DNA of 63,504 nucleotides, filler included, from Welwitschia mirabilis (GCA_051453625.1; 7 parts of one record of this genome joined end to end with filler, not necessarily neighbours in it); one strand, 5' to 3'; positions 1 to 13,100 are shown, counted from the first letter of the whole stretch. Numbers and translations are program-made. The notes: generated by a model not told the origin, from the letters alone.

Positions 1-530
1 CAAGATGGTTCTCCGGTCCCTAGATCTCCTGTCACGAGAAAGTTAGGTACTATCGAAAATGATTAGGGATCGAGGAGGAGACCTTTATTTATAGACGAAA
101 AGGGGAAAGAGACTAACAGAAAAGCATAAGATAAACTATTACTAACAGGAAAAGGAAAGTCGCAATAAACAGGCGACAACTTGGGAATACAATGTGTAAA
201 AGTGTCAGAGGGGAGTGTCGTCCAGGTGGTCATCTGGATGATAGAGGGGACGACAGGGAATTACAATAAGTTAACTTAGTTTGCTTCCACTTCATCTGTT
301 TGTAATCTATATGCAAACTAATGTCGATTGATTCTTGAGTTATCATCCACTAGAGTCGTCTGGATGATTAGGTGGACGATGGATTCTGATGATAAGGACT
401 TCACTTTAACTGCAAGTCTTTTGGAATTAAGTCTGTGATCTATCAAAGAAGGGTTGTCATCCTGACTGTTGTCTGGACGACATAGGAGACGACAGTCTTC
501 TACTGGTCCTTTGTTAATCAGATCTCTGGT
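1..530 (-). mobile_element. LTR fragment of a gypsy family related to family A, relatively young (CpGs retained)
   Basis: TATA-like CTATAAATAAAG on the minus strand at ~82-93. Three GTCGTC...GACGAC nested palindromes (217-254, 342-380, 456-493) of the kind found in decayed form in family A LTRs. Confidence 0.55.
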
Positions 531-630
531 NNNNNNNNNNNNNNNNNNNNNNNNNNNNNNNNNNNNNNNNNNNNNNNNNNNNNNNNNNNNNNNNNNNNNN
601 NNNNNNNNNNNNNNNNNNNNNNNNNNNNNN

Positions 631-786
631 TGAAATCAACTCTTTATTGTCCATACCATTGGCCTTTGACGGAATTATGACATTCGGATCACTCCGTCTA
701 TACTAGCATGTTGTATTTTATATCTTATTGATAATTAACAGGATTGAATTTGAACATGAACGATTGCAAAAATACACACCGCAACA
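631..786 (+). mobile_element. 3' end of a family A-related LTR (3' or solo LTR)
   Basis: Aligns to 20606-20757 and 30050-30200 (AAATCAA..., TATGACATT..., CTATACTAG...). Ends ACACCGCAACA and is not followed by a PBS. Confidence 0.75.
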
Positions 787-3112
787 AAGTACAAGGAAAA
801 GGAATGGAGAAACATGAGTATACCCTTTAGGTTGGGTTATTGCATTCAAAGTATAAGTTGACTCTCTATTAAATTTGGTTAAATTTTTATGGGTTCTTCA
901 TTATTCCTCTCCTTCTTATTATTTTATTTATCACTACTTTGTTGAATGTTTTCTTCATTTTCTTCATTATTATCTTTAACTATATCTTCCTTTTCTTCAT
1001 GATACTCATTATTATTTTGTTGAATATTATTGTCATTTGCTAAGTTATCAGATTCATCAAAAAGATCATAAAGAGAAATTTGCTACTCATATTCTTCCTT
1101 ATCCTTCTTTTCTTCATTAAATTATTACATGTAATTATTCTCGAAATTATTAGATTCATTAGAAAGATCATAAAGAAAAATATAATCATTACTTTCTACA
1201 TGGGTTGAAAAAATTTCAAATTCTTTATGAAATGAGTCCTCTATTTCATCTAAATTTCCTAATAGTAAGTGGATGCCAGGGTGATAATCTAGTATCTCAC
1301 TATCATCATGTAATAAATAATCATCCTCATCCTTATGTTGAATAATTAAGTTAAGTTATCATTATCCTCCTTTTATCCACTCCTAACAAGTGGGATGTTG
1401 TAAGTTGATTCAAAGTTTTATGTTCTATTTCAATGCAAGGATTATTACTACCTATTTCTAAGTTCTTTTCATTGTTCTCAAGGTTAGATGTAGTAGAATA
1501 GGTGTGAGAATGTTGTATTATCAAAGAACCTTGTGATAGTTGATTTTATAATAAATTTTATTAAAGGTTTCCAATCATATTTTCTAAGTTTGCATTGATA
1601 TCTTATTGCCTATTCTTCATTTCATCAATTATTTCTTGCACTAAGTTATTTATTTCTTCCTAGTAATTCATGGAAAATGGATAAGGTTCAGTAAAACAAT
1701 TGGATAGTTCCTTTTTGATAAAGGTGGAATCTCTAAAATGTTGAAAATTCTCATTATCATTTTTCATCAAACCTAAAAAGAAGGGGAAGGGGAATAAGAG
1801 GGTTGAAGAGAATGAGGGGTCCAATTCCTCATCTTAATATCATTTAGTATTGTTCAACCTCTCTTTATAAATGTTTCTTAAAGTGTTTCTTTATCATTAT
1901 TCTTAGAAATTCTTACATTTCTTCTCCTTTTAGCAAGTATTTTTGAAAGTTGTCTTTTATCATTATCATTAGAAGTTCTCATGTTTCTCCTTGTTTTAGC
2001 TAGTATTTCTCAAAGGATCATTTTATTACTAGAATAGATGAGAAGAATAAATAAGAAGAAATCATATTTATTAGTTCTACATCATCAGCAGATTAAATTT
2101 CTAAGTGTAATATTCATAATTAAATTAGGAGTTCTGANNNNNNNNNNNNNNNNNNNNNNNNNNNNNNNNNNNNNNNNNNNNNNNNNNNNNNNNNNNNNNN
2201 NNNNNNNNNNNNNNNNNNNNNNNNNNNNNNNNNNNNNTCAGCAGATTAAATTTCTAAGTGTAATATTCATAATTAAATTAGGAGTTCTGATCATAATTGA
2301 TGTACTAGATGATACTACATAGATGAAAAAGGAATAAAATGATTTGCTTCTATCCTATTATTTACACAATCTTCTTTTAAAAAATTTATTTTTCATAATA
2401 AAAGTAAAAAACAATTTCTTTAATTCTTGAATTTTATATACCTAGAGTATTTATACCTAGATTTATTTTGTATTTGAATAAGGTTTCTCTACTATTTTCC
2501 TTAATTAAGCTTTATTCCATCTAATACTTTAGCTTTTTACTAGATTTTATCATGTTCCTGCATGCTTAGAAAAATACCTGCACATAGTCATCTTATTGGT
2601 TATTTAAACGATATCCTAAGTGACCAATATACAAAAGTCAAATTTAAAAACAGAGAAAAATAGACTTTATGAAAAAATAGAATAGAAATAAAAATTAATA
2701 CTCATCTACTTATGTCATCTAAACAATACAGGATATGACAAATTCATTATGATATGGGGTAAAAAAATGAAAACCCTATGTTTTTGAACAATCATCTATT
2801 TATGTTGTCCAGATGACAAAGAGGATGATAAGGCATTTTTATAGAATGGAAATCAAAAAATGCAAAAAAAAAAAAAAAAGAAAGCTCTAGAATCTATAGT
2901 AAAAATATAGCTCTACCACAAACAAATAACTTGGACTAAAATCCAAGGTATTTATCTAGATGATGAGAATCCTTTAACTCATTGAGTACTTCCCTAAGAA
3001 TGGATTCAAAATATTGTAGTGCATATTTATGCATTTATTAAGTCCTTAAGTGAAAATGTATCAATTCCAAATGTTTTCACAAATTACTAATATAGATGGA
3101 AGTTGATCCAAA
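787..3112 (-). mobile_element. 5' part of an Athila-like element: LTR end, PBS, 5' UTR and decayed gag-like region, no pol visible
   Basis: LTR end (reverse complement) starts at 3012 (TATTGTAGTGCA vs TGTTGTGGTGCA at 4101). Decayed tRNA-Asp PBS at 2991-3011. 2400-2460 is the reverse complement of the gag start at ~21330-21380. Confidence 0.7.
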
Positions 3113-4100
3113 TGTTGATGAGGATCAATTTGAACTTAGAGGAGAGGGATGAATGAATTCCATCAAATAAAATTTAAATCAAATAATAAAATAAAATAAA
3201 TAATGGAAGAACTTACCAAATAACATGGTTCCTCAACTTGAGTATGTCCATACATAAAGGGTACCTTATACTCATACCTTCAGATATTCTTGATGTGTAA
3301 GAAAGTGTGGTTTTTGTTGTACCACCAACCTTATAATAAGTAAGAGTATCCTTCCAAGGTAGCACTCTTTGTATCTCAAGGAAATAGTGGTTTTAATAGG
3401 TGCACCATAAACCATTACAATAATTAAAGTCTCTTCATAAGACAACACTCTCTCTTCCATAAAGGAATAATGGTTTTTTAGTTAACCCATAGCCTTACAC
3501 TCAACAAGTGCCTTATAAAGTATTTGATATTTTAAGAAATGAACTCTATAATAATATTCAATAATAAGATAGTCCATAATAAAATAATCAAAAAAATGTA
3601 ATATAATAACAAGCCTGACTATGCTTTAATGAATACTTTAAGGTTCTTGAAGTTGTTGTGGTAGTCATGAGTATAAATAAAGAAGATGATTGCAATAAAG
3701 ATCCAAATCAAAGAGATGAAACAAGGCTAGCTTCTTGTTATTAAATCTTTTTATATCTTCATGATAGGTGCCCTTTACTCATTCTTTCAAGATATATAAG
3801 TTTTATTAATTTAATGAAGTACCAAAAGTTCTTCTTTCATTTTTGACATCAATGCGTTATAATGATAAGAAAAATCTAGTCATTTGAGCTTGAAAGATAG
3901 CTGTTTGAATCTATGACTATCATGAAATGGATAGCTAATATCTATGCTTCAAGTGTATAACTTTATTTTTAATCAACATGAACTTTGGATTAAGATGTTT
4001 TGAATTTTTTAGATGTTTACTTTCCAGATGTCTTTACTTTTATATACCTCTTGAGTTAACTTGCCCAAAATCTAATGAATTTTACACTATAGTATCCTTA
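3113..4100 (-). mobile_element. Sirevirus-like Ty1/copia LTR fragment inserted into an Athila LTR
   Basis: Starts TG...CTTAGAGGAGAGGGATGAATG, the reverse complement of the C-rich Sirevirus LTR end (cf. 48137-48172). Also has the TGGTTC...TATGTCCA motif (cf. 48320-48345). Homology to the Athila LTR stops abruptly at ~3113-3115. Confidence 0.55.
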
Positions 4101-5498
4101 TGTTGTGGTGCAAATTTATGTGATCTAGAAGTCCTTAGGTAAACTTGTAATCAAATAACTTGTAGAAAACACACGTTAGTATAGATGGAAGTTCATCCAA
4201 ATGTCATAATCCAACAAAGGCACTAGTCTTAGAGTTAGAGAATTAATTTTGCTAATGTATTTTTGTTCTTTTATCCTTAGAAAAACTAAAAGGAAATAAC
4301 TTAAGTAAATGCAATGCTTAAATGGAAATGAAATGTAAGTAAATAGGAATTGAATGTAATGCAATGAAAATGGAATAGGAATGGGAATGAAAATAGATCC
4401 TACTTGGATCTTAGTCTTTCTTTCATAAAGACCACTTCTCTATAACTTATATAAAAGAAGAAGAGTATTCACTAGTTCTTAATCAATATAAACTATGATA
4501 TCTACCGAAGTAAGACTTGAAATGCAATATGAAAAGAAAGAAATAAACAATGCAAATTAATTCTCCTAAACAAGGTCAACCTTAACAAAGGTTGCTCTTA
4601 TGATCTAAATAAACCAAAGCTTGTCCCCTAACTAAGATCAACTTAAATCATAAGGGAGATGCATAATAATAAGATGAAAGAAGAGATTGTATTAATCCAA
4701 TAAAATCAAAACAACATCCACTTACAACATTAGAATAACAACACCTCAATGGAAGAGACATAACTTGAAGTTAAGGAGACTCCTTTCTGCAGTATGGAAT
4801 GGACCTCTTACCCTTTAAGCTTCCATCACAAGTATCAGGTACACAAGATGAGGAGAAATGAAGGAGGAGAAGGGAATTTATAGATTTTTCAAGGAGGGAT
4901 TTGGAGGTAAATCCTAAAGATGGGAAAATAGAAACCTTAACAACCCACATGGGTCGTTTGACCCTATTTATAATAGAATTTATTACTACAGTGTAAAAAA
5001 AGTTATCATCTTGTATGTCATCCATACGATAAGTGAGACAATACCACCTTAATGGCTTAGGCAGTGTGACATGTGCTGTCATTAGCCCTATGGGTTGTTT
5101 GCATGTAGTTCTGATGCCATTGTCCTATTTGTCATCTAGATGACTATATGATCAATAGTCTATCAACATGTGTCCCGTGTGCTACTATCGGTGCCACAGG
5201 TTTCTGATTAAGTCAGCCAATAGGTCGTCCTGGTTGTCATGAGGATGATAGATAGGACAATTGTCTTATTTTACTCTTTTGTCTAAGGTGAATCAGCCTC
5301 TGTATTATATAGTTCTTCTTCCAATTCTGTAGTATCAAAATAAAACTGGAAAACTGCCAATAATACCAAATATCACATGTTTTATTGATTATCATATCGA
5401 ATCATCATAATTATTAGTATTGCACCAAAACCTATATGAATGTCCTGCAAAAGTACTCAAAATACACCATCAAATTCCCACAAATTAGCATCACAACA
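4101..5498 (-). mobile_element. Complete 3' LTR (~1.4 kb) of a family A Athila-like element
   Basis: Termini TGTTGTG (4101) and CACAACA (5498) form an inverted repeat. Reverse complement aligns along 28972-30200. PPT directly adjacent. Confidence 0.9.
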
Positions 5499-5513
5499 TA
5501 GCCCTCTACTTAG
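5499..5513 (-). other. Polypurine tract of family A element
   Basis: Minus strand reads CTAAGTAGAGGGCTA immediately before the LTR start TGTTGTGATG. Same arrangement at ~28957-28971. Confidence 0.75.
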
Positions 5514-7027
5514 CCTTATCAGAAACTAATAAAGTAAGCAATTAAATAGATTGGAAGCTAATTTATTTAAGATGAAAATAATGCCTGTAAACTGAGTTTA
5601 TAGAAAATGATATTAATAGCAGATGATTAATATAAGTATTAAAAATTTCCCTATGCCCCCTACTTAAACATGTCATTATGGAATGTATGCAATACACATA
5701 TAGAAATCATGAAGTAAAACGTGATGACTCAAAAAGTGAAACTGTGTATACATGATCTGGATCATCATGACACTGAAGTAGTTTTTATATTGAATGATTT
5801 AGGTGATTAGAAAGACATGGCTATGAAAAACATATGCAAGTACTATTGGATTCTGCATGATAAATTGCATGAATGTGCTAAAAATTTTATTCAAATTGTA
5901 TGAAGGATGCATTAAAAATAACTCATCAAAATTTGATCATGAAAGCTTAGGATTGCTAAAAGTTGTTTGTTGATTTTACTAGATTAACACCCAGAAAGGT
6001 GTCCTGTTCTCCCCAACAGGAGAAGGAAGATGTCCTGAATTACACTTGTAACAAAAAAGCAAGTGTCGTTCCCTCTATTTTGGGGATGACAAAAGAATAT
6101 GACATACTCCAAACATCGGCTATAGAGAGGAAGATGAGATCTGAAGAACTCAGAAAATCAGAAAATGTAGGAATGCAAGGTAAAAGAGAGAGTGACCTAA
6201 GAAATAAAATGAATGAAGGGCTTGAAGGATGAATGCATGATGGAGAAATGAAAAAGGATCATAGAGGAAAATACTACTCAAAGATGCCTTAAATGTTCCT
6301 AAATGCATGGAAAGATAGAACTCATTGGATCAATAAAACCTGTCATAAAGAAATAACCATCCTCTAGAAAACATCATAAGAAACTAGAAAATGTTTAAGC
6401 CCATGATATAATACCTGAAAAAGTATTAAAAAATGACTTTGAAAATTCCAACAAAACATTTAGAGAAAAATAAAATGAAAATGGATAATTAGGAACATAA
6501 AGAAGATTGCATTATTACCCTAAATGCCATCCTAACAAATTCCTATAGTAACAATAATAAAATCACTTGATTAATGATGCATGACATAATGTATAAATTC
6601 ATAAAGTTCCACTTAATAGGGCAATGATTATTACGATGTCAAGTATGATAATGTTATTAAACAATAAATGATGAAATAAAAAGTTATTTAAAATACAAGG
6701 ACTTATAAGCTACCATGTCAAGAAAAACATTAAAATCCATAAAGTAGAGTGATCATGTGGAAGTACTAGAAATGAAAGAAAAGTGTTTTATTTTTCCATG
6801 ATGAGGGGAGTGAAACCACTATCAGAGGAGTAAGAACCTACACAGCATGACCGATTGACTCTCCAGTGGAGTTTCCATAGATATCATATTGCACTAACAA
6901 AGGCCTCTTTCGAGAAAATTTACCCTGGTGTACTTGCAGTAGGACATCATGATTACCATATGTGTAAGCATATAACATGAGAGAGCATGATAGTTTTCTT
7001 TTCTTTTCTTTTCTTATCTCTCTCTCT
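5514..7027 (-). mobile_element. Non-coding 3' internal region of family A element (copy 1)
   Basis: Colinear with 7251-8720 and with the reverse complement of ~27050-28960. Confidence 0.85.
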
Positions 7028-7127
7028 NNNNNNNNNNNNNNNNNNNNNNNNNNNNNNNNNNNNNNNNNNNNNNNNNNNNNNNNNNNNNNNNNNNNNNNNN
7101 NNNNNNNNNNNNNNNNNNNNNNNNNNN

Positions 7128-10100
7128 TTACACCAAAACCTATATGAATGTCTTGCAAAAGTACTCAAAATACACCATCAAATTCCCACAAATTGGCATC
7201 ATAACATAGCATCTTACTTAGCCTTGTCAGCACCTTACTTAGCCTTGTCAGTCCCTGATAAACTAAGTCATTAACTAGATTTCAAGCTAATTTGTTTAAG
7301 ATAAAAATAATTCTTATAAAATAAGTCCAAAGAAAATGATATCAATAGTAGGTAATTAATACAAGTACTGAAAATTTCCCTAAGCCCCCTATTTATGTCA
7401 TTATAGAATGAATGCAATACATGTATAGAAATCATGAAGTAAAACGTGATGACTCAAAAAGTGAACTGTGTATGCATAATCTGGATCATCATGCCAACTG
7501 AAGTAGTTTTTATATTGAATGATTTAGGTGATCAGAAAGAGATGGATATAGAAAACATGTGCAACTACTACTAGGTCCTGCATGATAAAGTGCATGAATG
7601 TGCTGAAAATTTTATTCAAATTGTATGAAGAACACATTAAAAATAACTCATCAAAATTTGATCATGAAAGCTCAGGACTGTTAAAACTTATGTGCTGATT
7701 TTACTAGATTAGTACCTAATAGGAGAAGGAAGATGTCCCAAATTTCACCTATAATAAAAAAAGCAAGTGTCATCCCCTATGTCATGGGGATGACAGAAGA
7801 AGATGACATACTCCAAACAGCAGATATAGAGAGGAAGATTGAGATCCAAAAAAACTCAAAAAATCAAAAAATGTAGGAATGCAAGGTAAAGAAGAGAGCG
7901 ATTTAAGAAATAAAATGAATGAAGAGCTTGAAGGATGAAGGCATGATGGAGAAATGAAAAAGGATCATAGAGGAAAATACTAGTCAAATATGCCTCAAAG
8001 TTTCCCAAACACATGGAAAGGTGAAACTCATCAGATTAAGAAAACCTAATCATAAAGAAACAACCATCCTATGGAAAACATCACAAGAGACTAGAAAGTT
8101 CTTAGACCCATGATATAATGCTTGAAAATGTATAAGAAAATAACTTTAAAAATTCCAATAAAACAAATCAAGAAAAACAAAATAAAAATGGACAACTAGG
8201 AACATGAAGAATATTGCATTATTACCCTAAATGCCATCCTAATAAATTCCTATATTAGCAATCATAAAATTATCTAATTAATGATGCATGACATAATGTA
8301 TAAATTCATAGAGTTTTACTTAATAAGGCAATGGTTATGATGATGTCAAGTATGCTAATGTTATCAAACAATGAATGATAAAATAAAAAGATATTTAAAA
8401 TACAAGGACTTATAAGCTACCATGTCAAAACAAATACTAAAACCCATAAAGTAGAGTGATCATGTGGAAGTACTAGAAATAAAAGAAAAGTGATTTATTT
8501 TTGTATAATGAGGGTATTGCAACCACTATCAAAGGAGTAAAAACCCACACAACATGGTTGACTAACCCCCCAGTGAAGTTCCCACAGCTACCATATCACA
8601 CTGCCAAAGGCCCCTCTTGGGAAAATTTACCCTAGTGCACTTGCAGTAGGACATCATGATTATTATGTGTGTAAGGATATAACATGAAAGAGCATGGTAG
8701 TTTTATTTTATTTACTTATGTTTTTTCTCTTTTTTTTTTGAGATGAGTATCATTCCACATGATCAAGTACTTGTAAGGATAAAAGTGAAGAAATGAAATG
8801 AGTAACAAGATAAAATCCTACAAAAACAACTAATTACTTACATTATTAAAAGATAATAAAAGAATCAAAACATCTTCCTATAGATATATGAATGTCTAAA
8901 AATTGGATTAAGCTAATTTTTATTGTTGTAAATTCCCAAAGTAAAATATTAATCATCATGGAAACTTTATAAGTAAATACAAATATCAAGTTAAATATGT
9001 TTAAGTGATAACATGATGTTAATAAAAGGGATAAGTTAGGAAAGAATTTAGATGATGGCAAAAGGAAGGTCCTCCTCTTAAAGAAGGGCTTCTAAAACAA
9101 GTGCTTCTATCATGTTCAAGGTTTTATTAGAGAATGACTCGTAAAGCGTTAACCTTTGTCCCTTCACTTTTTGGATTTCTTTAGTATTTAGATCAAAAAT
9201 TTCAACTAAGCCATTGAGTGTACCTTTTTGATAAGATAAGGGCCTAATCATTTTGAAGTTAACTTATTATGTAGAAGGTGTACTTGGGTGTAATACAACA
9301 AGACAAATTGGCTAGGTTTAAACTATTTATGAATAGTCTTTTTTATCATGTCGAAACTTGGCCTAAGCCTTATGAATAAGTTGATGATGTAAGGCATGAG
9401 TATATTTTTCATCTAGGTGTTCAAGTTGAGCTAAATAAATTTTGAGATTTTCATTTAAATCAACAAGGTTCAGTTAATGGATAAAATGATAAGAATTATA
9501 GCAAACATTAACTAGTAAAATACATACTTTACCATACACAAGTTCATAGGGTGAGAAACCTAGGGAGTTATGCCAAGTAGTACAATAAGCCCAAAGAACA
9601 TTATTAAGTTTAGAGAACCAAGTCTTCTTATTAATAGAGCCTAATTTTTCAAGCATTTTCTTGATCTCTCTATTTGAATTTTCATCTAAGCCATTAGTTC
9701 GAGGATGATAAGCACAAGTAACTCTATGTTCAACACCAATGAATAGAAGAAGTTTTTGAAAAAGTTGGTTAATAAAATGGGTATCTTAATCACTAATGAT
9801 AATTTTTGGAAATCCAAATCATTGAAAAATATGAGGTCAAACAAAGTTACACACTATTTGGGCATCATTTTTAGTGGTAGAAGCAGCTTCAACCCATTTA
9901 GTAACATAATCCATAGCTACTAAAATATATTTTTTTTCATTTGAAGATGGTAAAATTAGGCCCACAAAGTTAATTCCTCAATAATCAAAAGGTTCACATT
10001 TGAGTATAGGTTTAAGGAGCATGTCATGAAAATGAGTGAGATACCATAACATTGACAAGCATCACACTTCCAAGAAAAATTAAATGAATTCTTTAAAAGA

Positions 10101-13100
10101 GTTGGCTAATAGAATCCTTAGTGCAATATTTTCATGCTAGTCTTTTGGCCCTAAAGTGTCCCCACAAACTCCACCATGATAAAGTGTTAAAATTTCTAAT
10201 ATTTCCCATTCAGGCACATATTTACGCATAATTTGGTCTTTGTAATGTCTATAAAGATGTGGCTCATTTCACTCATAGTTACCAATCCTATGGAGAAACA
10301 TTTTTCGTTGATTTTGGTCCTACTGCTATGGGGTTTTCATAGTCATAACATAATTTACAATGTTAGCATACTAAGGAGTGGATGAGAAGAAGAGATAGCA
10401 TACAGTTGTTTAATTGTAAAGAGTTGCTCATCAAAAAAAGAATCATTAATAGGATTTTCATCAGTAAAGTAAGTAATTCAAGAAAGATGGTCTACCATAC
10501 TATTATGTTTTCTAGCCTTACCAATGATGGTAAGATTAAATTCTTTCATTAAAAGGATCCATCTAATAAGTCTAGAACTGGAATCTTTCTTGGTCATAAG
10601 ATAACAGATAGCAGCATGGTCAGTGTAGATATTGATGTGAAACCCAAGAAGATAGTGTTGAAGATGATCTAGATAAAAAATGATAGCAAGAATTTCTCTC
10701 TCAGTGGTAGTATAGTTGGTTTGGGCACTCGTCAAAGTTTTGCTAAGGTAAGATATGACTTTGAATTCATTATCATATTTTTGACTGAGAACCTCACTAT
10801 AGTAATGTTGCTTACATCACACATAAGTTCAAAGTCTTTATTCCAATTAGGGCCTGTGATAATAGGTTCAACAGAGATTTTATCCTTAAGGATTATAAAA
10901 GCAAGTTGGCATGATTTAGACCACTCAAATTTGACACCTTTTTTAAGAAGAGAGTGAAGAGGTTTATAAGTTTTGGCATAGTCATGGATGAATCATTGGT
11001 AAAAGCCACATGTCTAAGAAAAGGCCTATCTTATTTGATATTTGTTGGAGGGTTAAGATTTTTAATGATATCTACTTTTATGGGGTCCATCCTAATCCCT
11101 TCCTTTGAAATGTGGTAACCCAAAACAATCCCATGTTGAATAAGGAAGAAACTCTTTTCCCAACTCAAGTGTAATCCACTTTCAATACATTTATCAATGA
11201 CTTTTTCTAATCTTAACACAGTTTATTTGAAAGTATTACCAAAGATGGAAAAATTGTTCATAAAGATTTCTATAGAGTCTTCTATCATATTAGAAAATAT
11301 TCCCATCATGGCTCGTTGGAAAGTTCTAAGGGAATTGCAAAGTTGAAATGGTATCCGCTTGAAAGAAAAGATTCCAAAGGGAGATGTGAAGGTGGTTTTA
11401 TCTTGGTCTTCACTTGCTATGCAAATTTGATTATAGCCACTATACCCATCAAGAAAATAATAATAATCATGACCTTAGATCCTATCAAGAACTTGATCAA
11501 GAAAAGGCAAAGAGCAATGATCCTTTTTTGTAACCTCATTGATTTTTCTAAAATTAATGCACATTCTCCATTTTCCTCCCTTCTTTAGTACTACTATTAA
11601 GGGACTAACCCACCCATTATCTGATATGGCATAAATAATTCTATCATCCATAAGTTCAATAATCTCATCTTTGATAATTTGTTTAAGGGTTAGATTTAGT
11701 CTTCTTTAGGGCTATCTAATAGGTTTTGCATTATCTTCAAGATAAATTTTATGCTAAACTATAGAAAGAGGAATGGAATCTAGATCTTTATGCATCCAAG
11801 CAAAGGCATTTTTATTTGACTCTAAAAGTGAGGTTAAGTTAGATTCTTGTTGAGGAGTAAGAAGGTCACTGATTATCAGAGGTCTCATTTGATTTTCAAA
11901 CAATAATATGTATTTTAGATCTTTGTGTAACTTTTTAATATCATGGGCATTAAGTTGGACTATTGTCCTCTCTATCGTGGGGATAATAGTTAGGGGATGA
12001 CATTCTTCAAAGAGTTTTTCTATAGAGTAAAGATGTTCAGTTTCCTTCTCATCCTCAGAAATTTCTCCCTTAGTTTTAAAATAATTTATTTCAATTAGGT
12101 CACCATACAAAGTTGGCTTATGTAGAATAATTAATCTCTCTTCTATGAGTCAATGTTGTAGAAATAAAGTTTATCTTAAATCATCTTTAACTTTGAAATC
12201 AGTTCCTGTGTCTTTTTCAACAGCATCAAAGACCCTAATGGTAATTTCTTTATTATGAAAGTGGTATCTCATCATTTTGGATTAAGTGTCAATGATATAA
12301 TGAGCTGTAGTAAAAAAGGTGCTTTCTAGCAGTAGTGGATATCCTCCATTATATTCTATTTTAATTATGACAATATTAATAGGATACAAAGCTTTCTCTA
12401 TTTGGATGATTGGATCTTTAATGATTCCTAAAGATTTCTTGATTGAGGTGTCAGCTAGCTCTAGGATAATAGGTGTATGTTCAACTCTATTTTCTAACCC
12501 AAGTCTTTTGCATATATGAAGATGCATAATGTTCACACTTGTAAATATGTCAATAAAAACTTTTCTAATTCTTTTGTTTTCCTCTAAGGTAACACTAATA
12601 GCTGCAGCCCCAGGATCTTTAAATTTAGGACATTTTTTCATCACTAAGTTGTAAAGAGATTGGGTGAGAAAGACTTTACTAAGAAAGATGTGTGTTTGTT
12701 TTCTCCTCACTAACTCCTTCCATAACTTAGAATATTTGGAGTTTTCTTATAAGAGTTTCTAAAAGGAAAGGTTAATATTGACTTCTTGCATCACAGCTTT
12801 CAGGTGTTCATCAAAAGTAGGATTCTATCAAGCCAAGGAGTGGATGGTTTCTTTCCCTTATTTTCTTTTAAATTATTTTTGGTAAAGGCTTTAGCAGATG
12901 ATGTAGAGGGAAGGTTATAAGAATCTAAGATTTCTACATCATCTTTCTCAATTGCTTTGTTTTGTTTAGAAATTGAAACCTCATTGGTAGGAGGTGTTGT
13001 AGCTTTTCCACTTCTCGTTACAATTTTTAAATCTCTTCTAACTTTATTTGAGTTGGGTATTGATTGGAAAGCAAAAGACCCTTATGGTCTTTGATTGGCC

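Noticed and set aside
2085-2290. Identical 53-nt direct repeat flanking an N gap (also 39849-39896 vs 39997-40043)
   Set aside because: Exact overlap of contig ends on either side of a 100-N gap; an assembly artefact, not a TSD or biological repeat.
6890-6935. Resemblance of the conserved 3' motif to the plant TPP riboswitch (GCACCAGGG...GAGA...CCTTTG)
   Set aside because: The second aptamer half (AACCTGA, TAATGC..GCG.AGGGA) is absent, so the similarity is superficial.
8503-8655. Hammerhead or twister ribozyme reading of the conserved motif
   Set aside because: CTGATAG and GAAAC occur in some copies but not as CUGANGA...GAAA in a valid stem order, and twister core nucleotides do not fit by eye. 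Left as unclassified.
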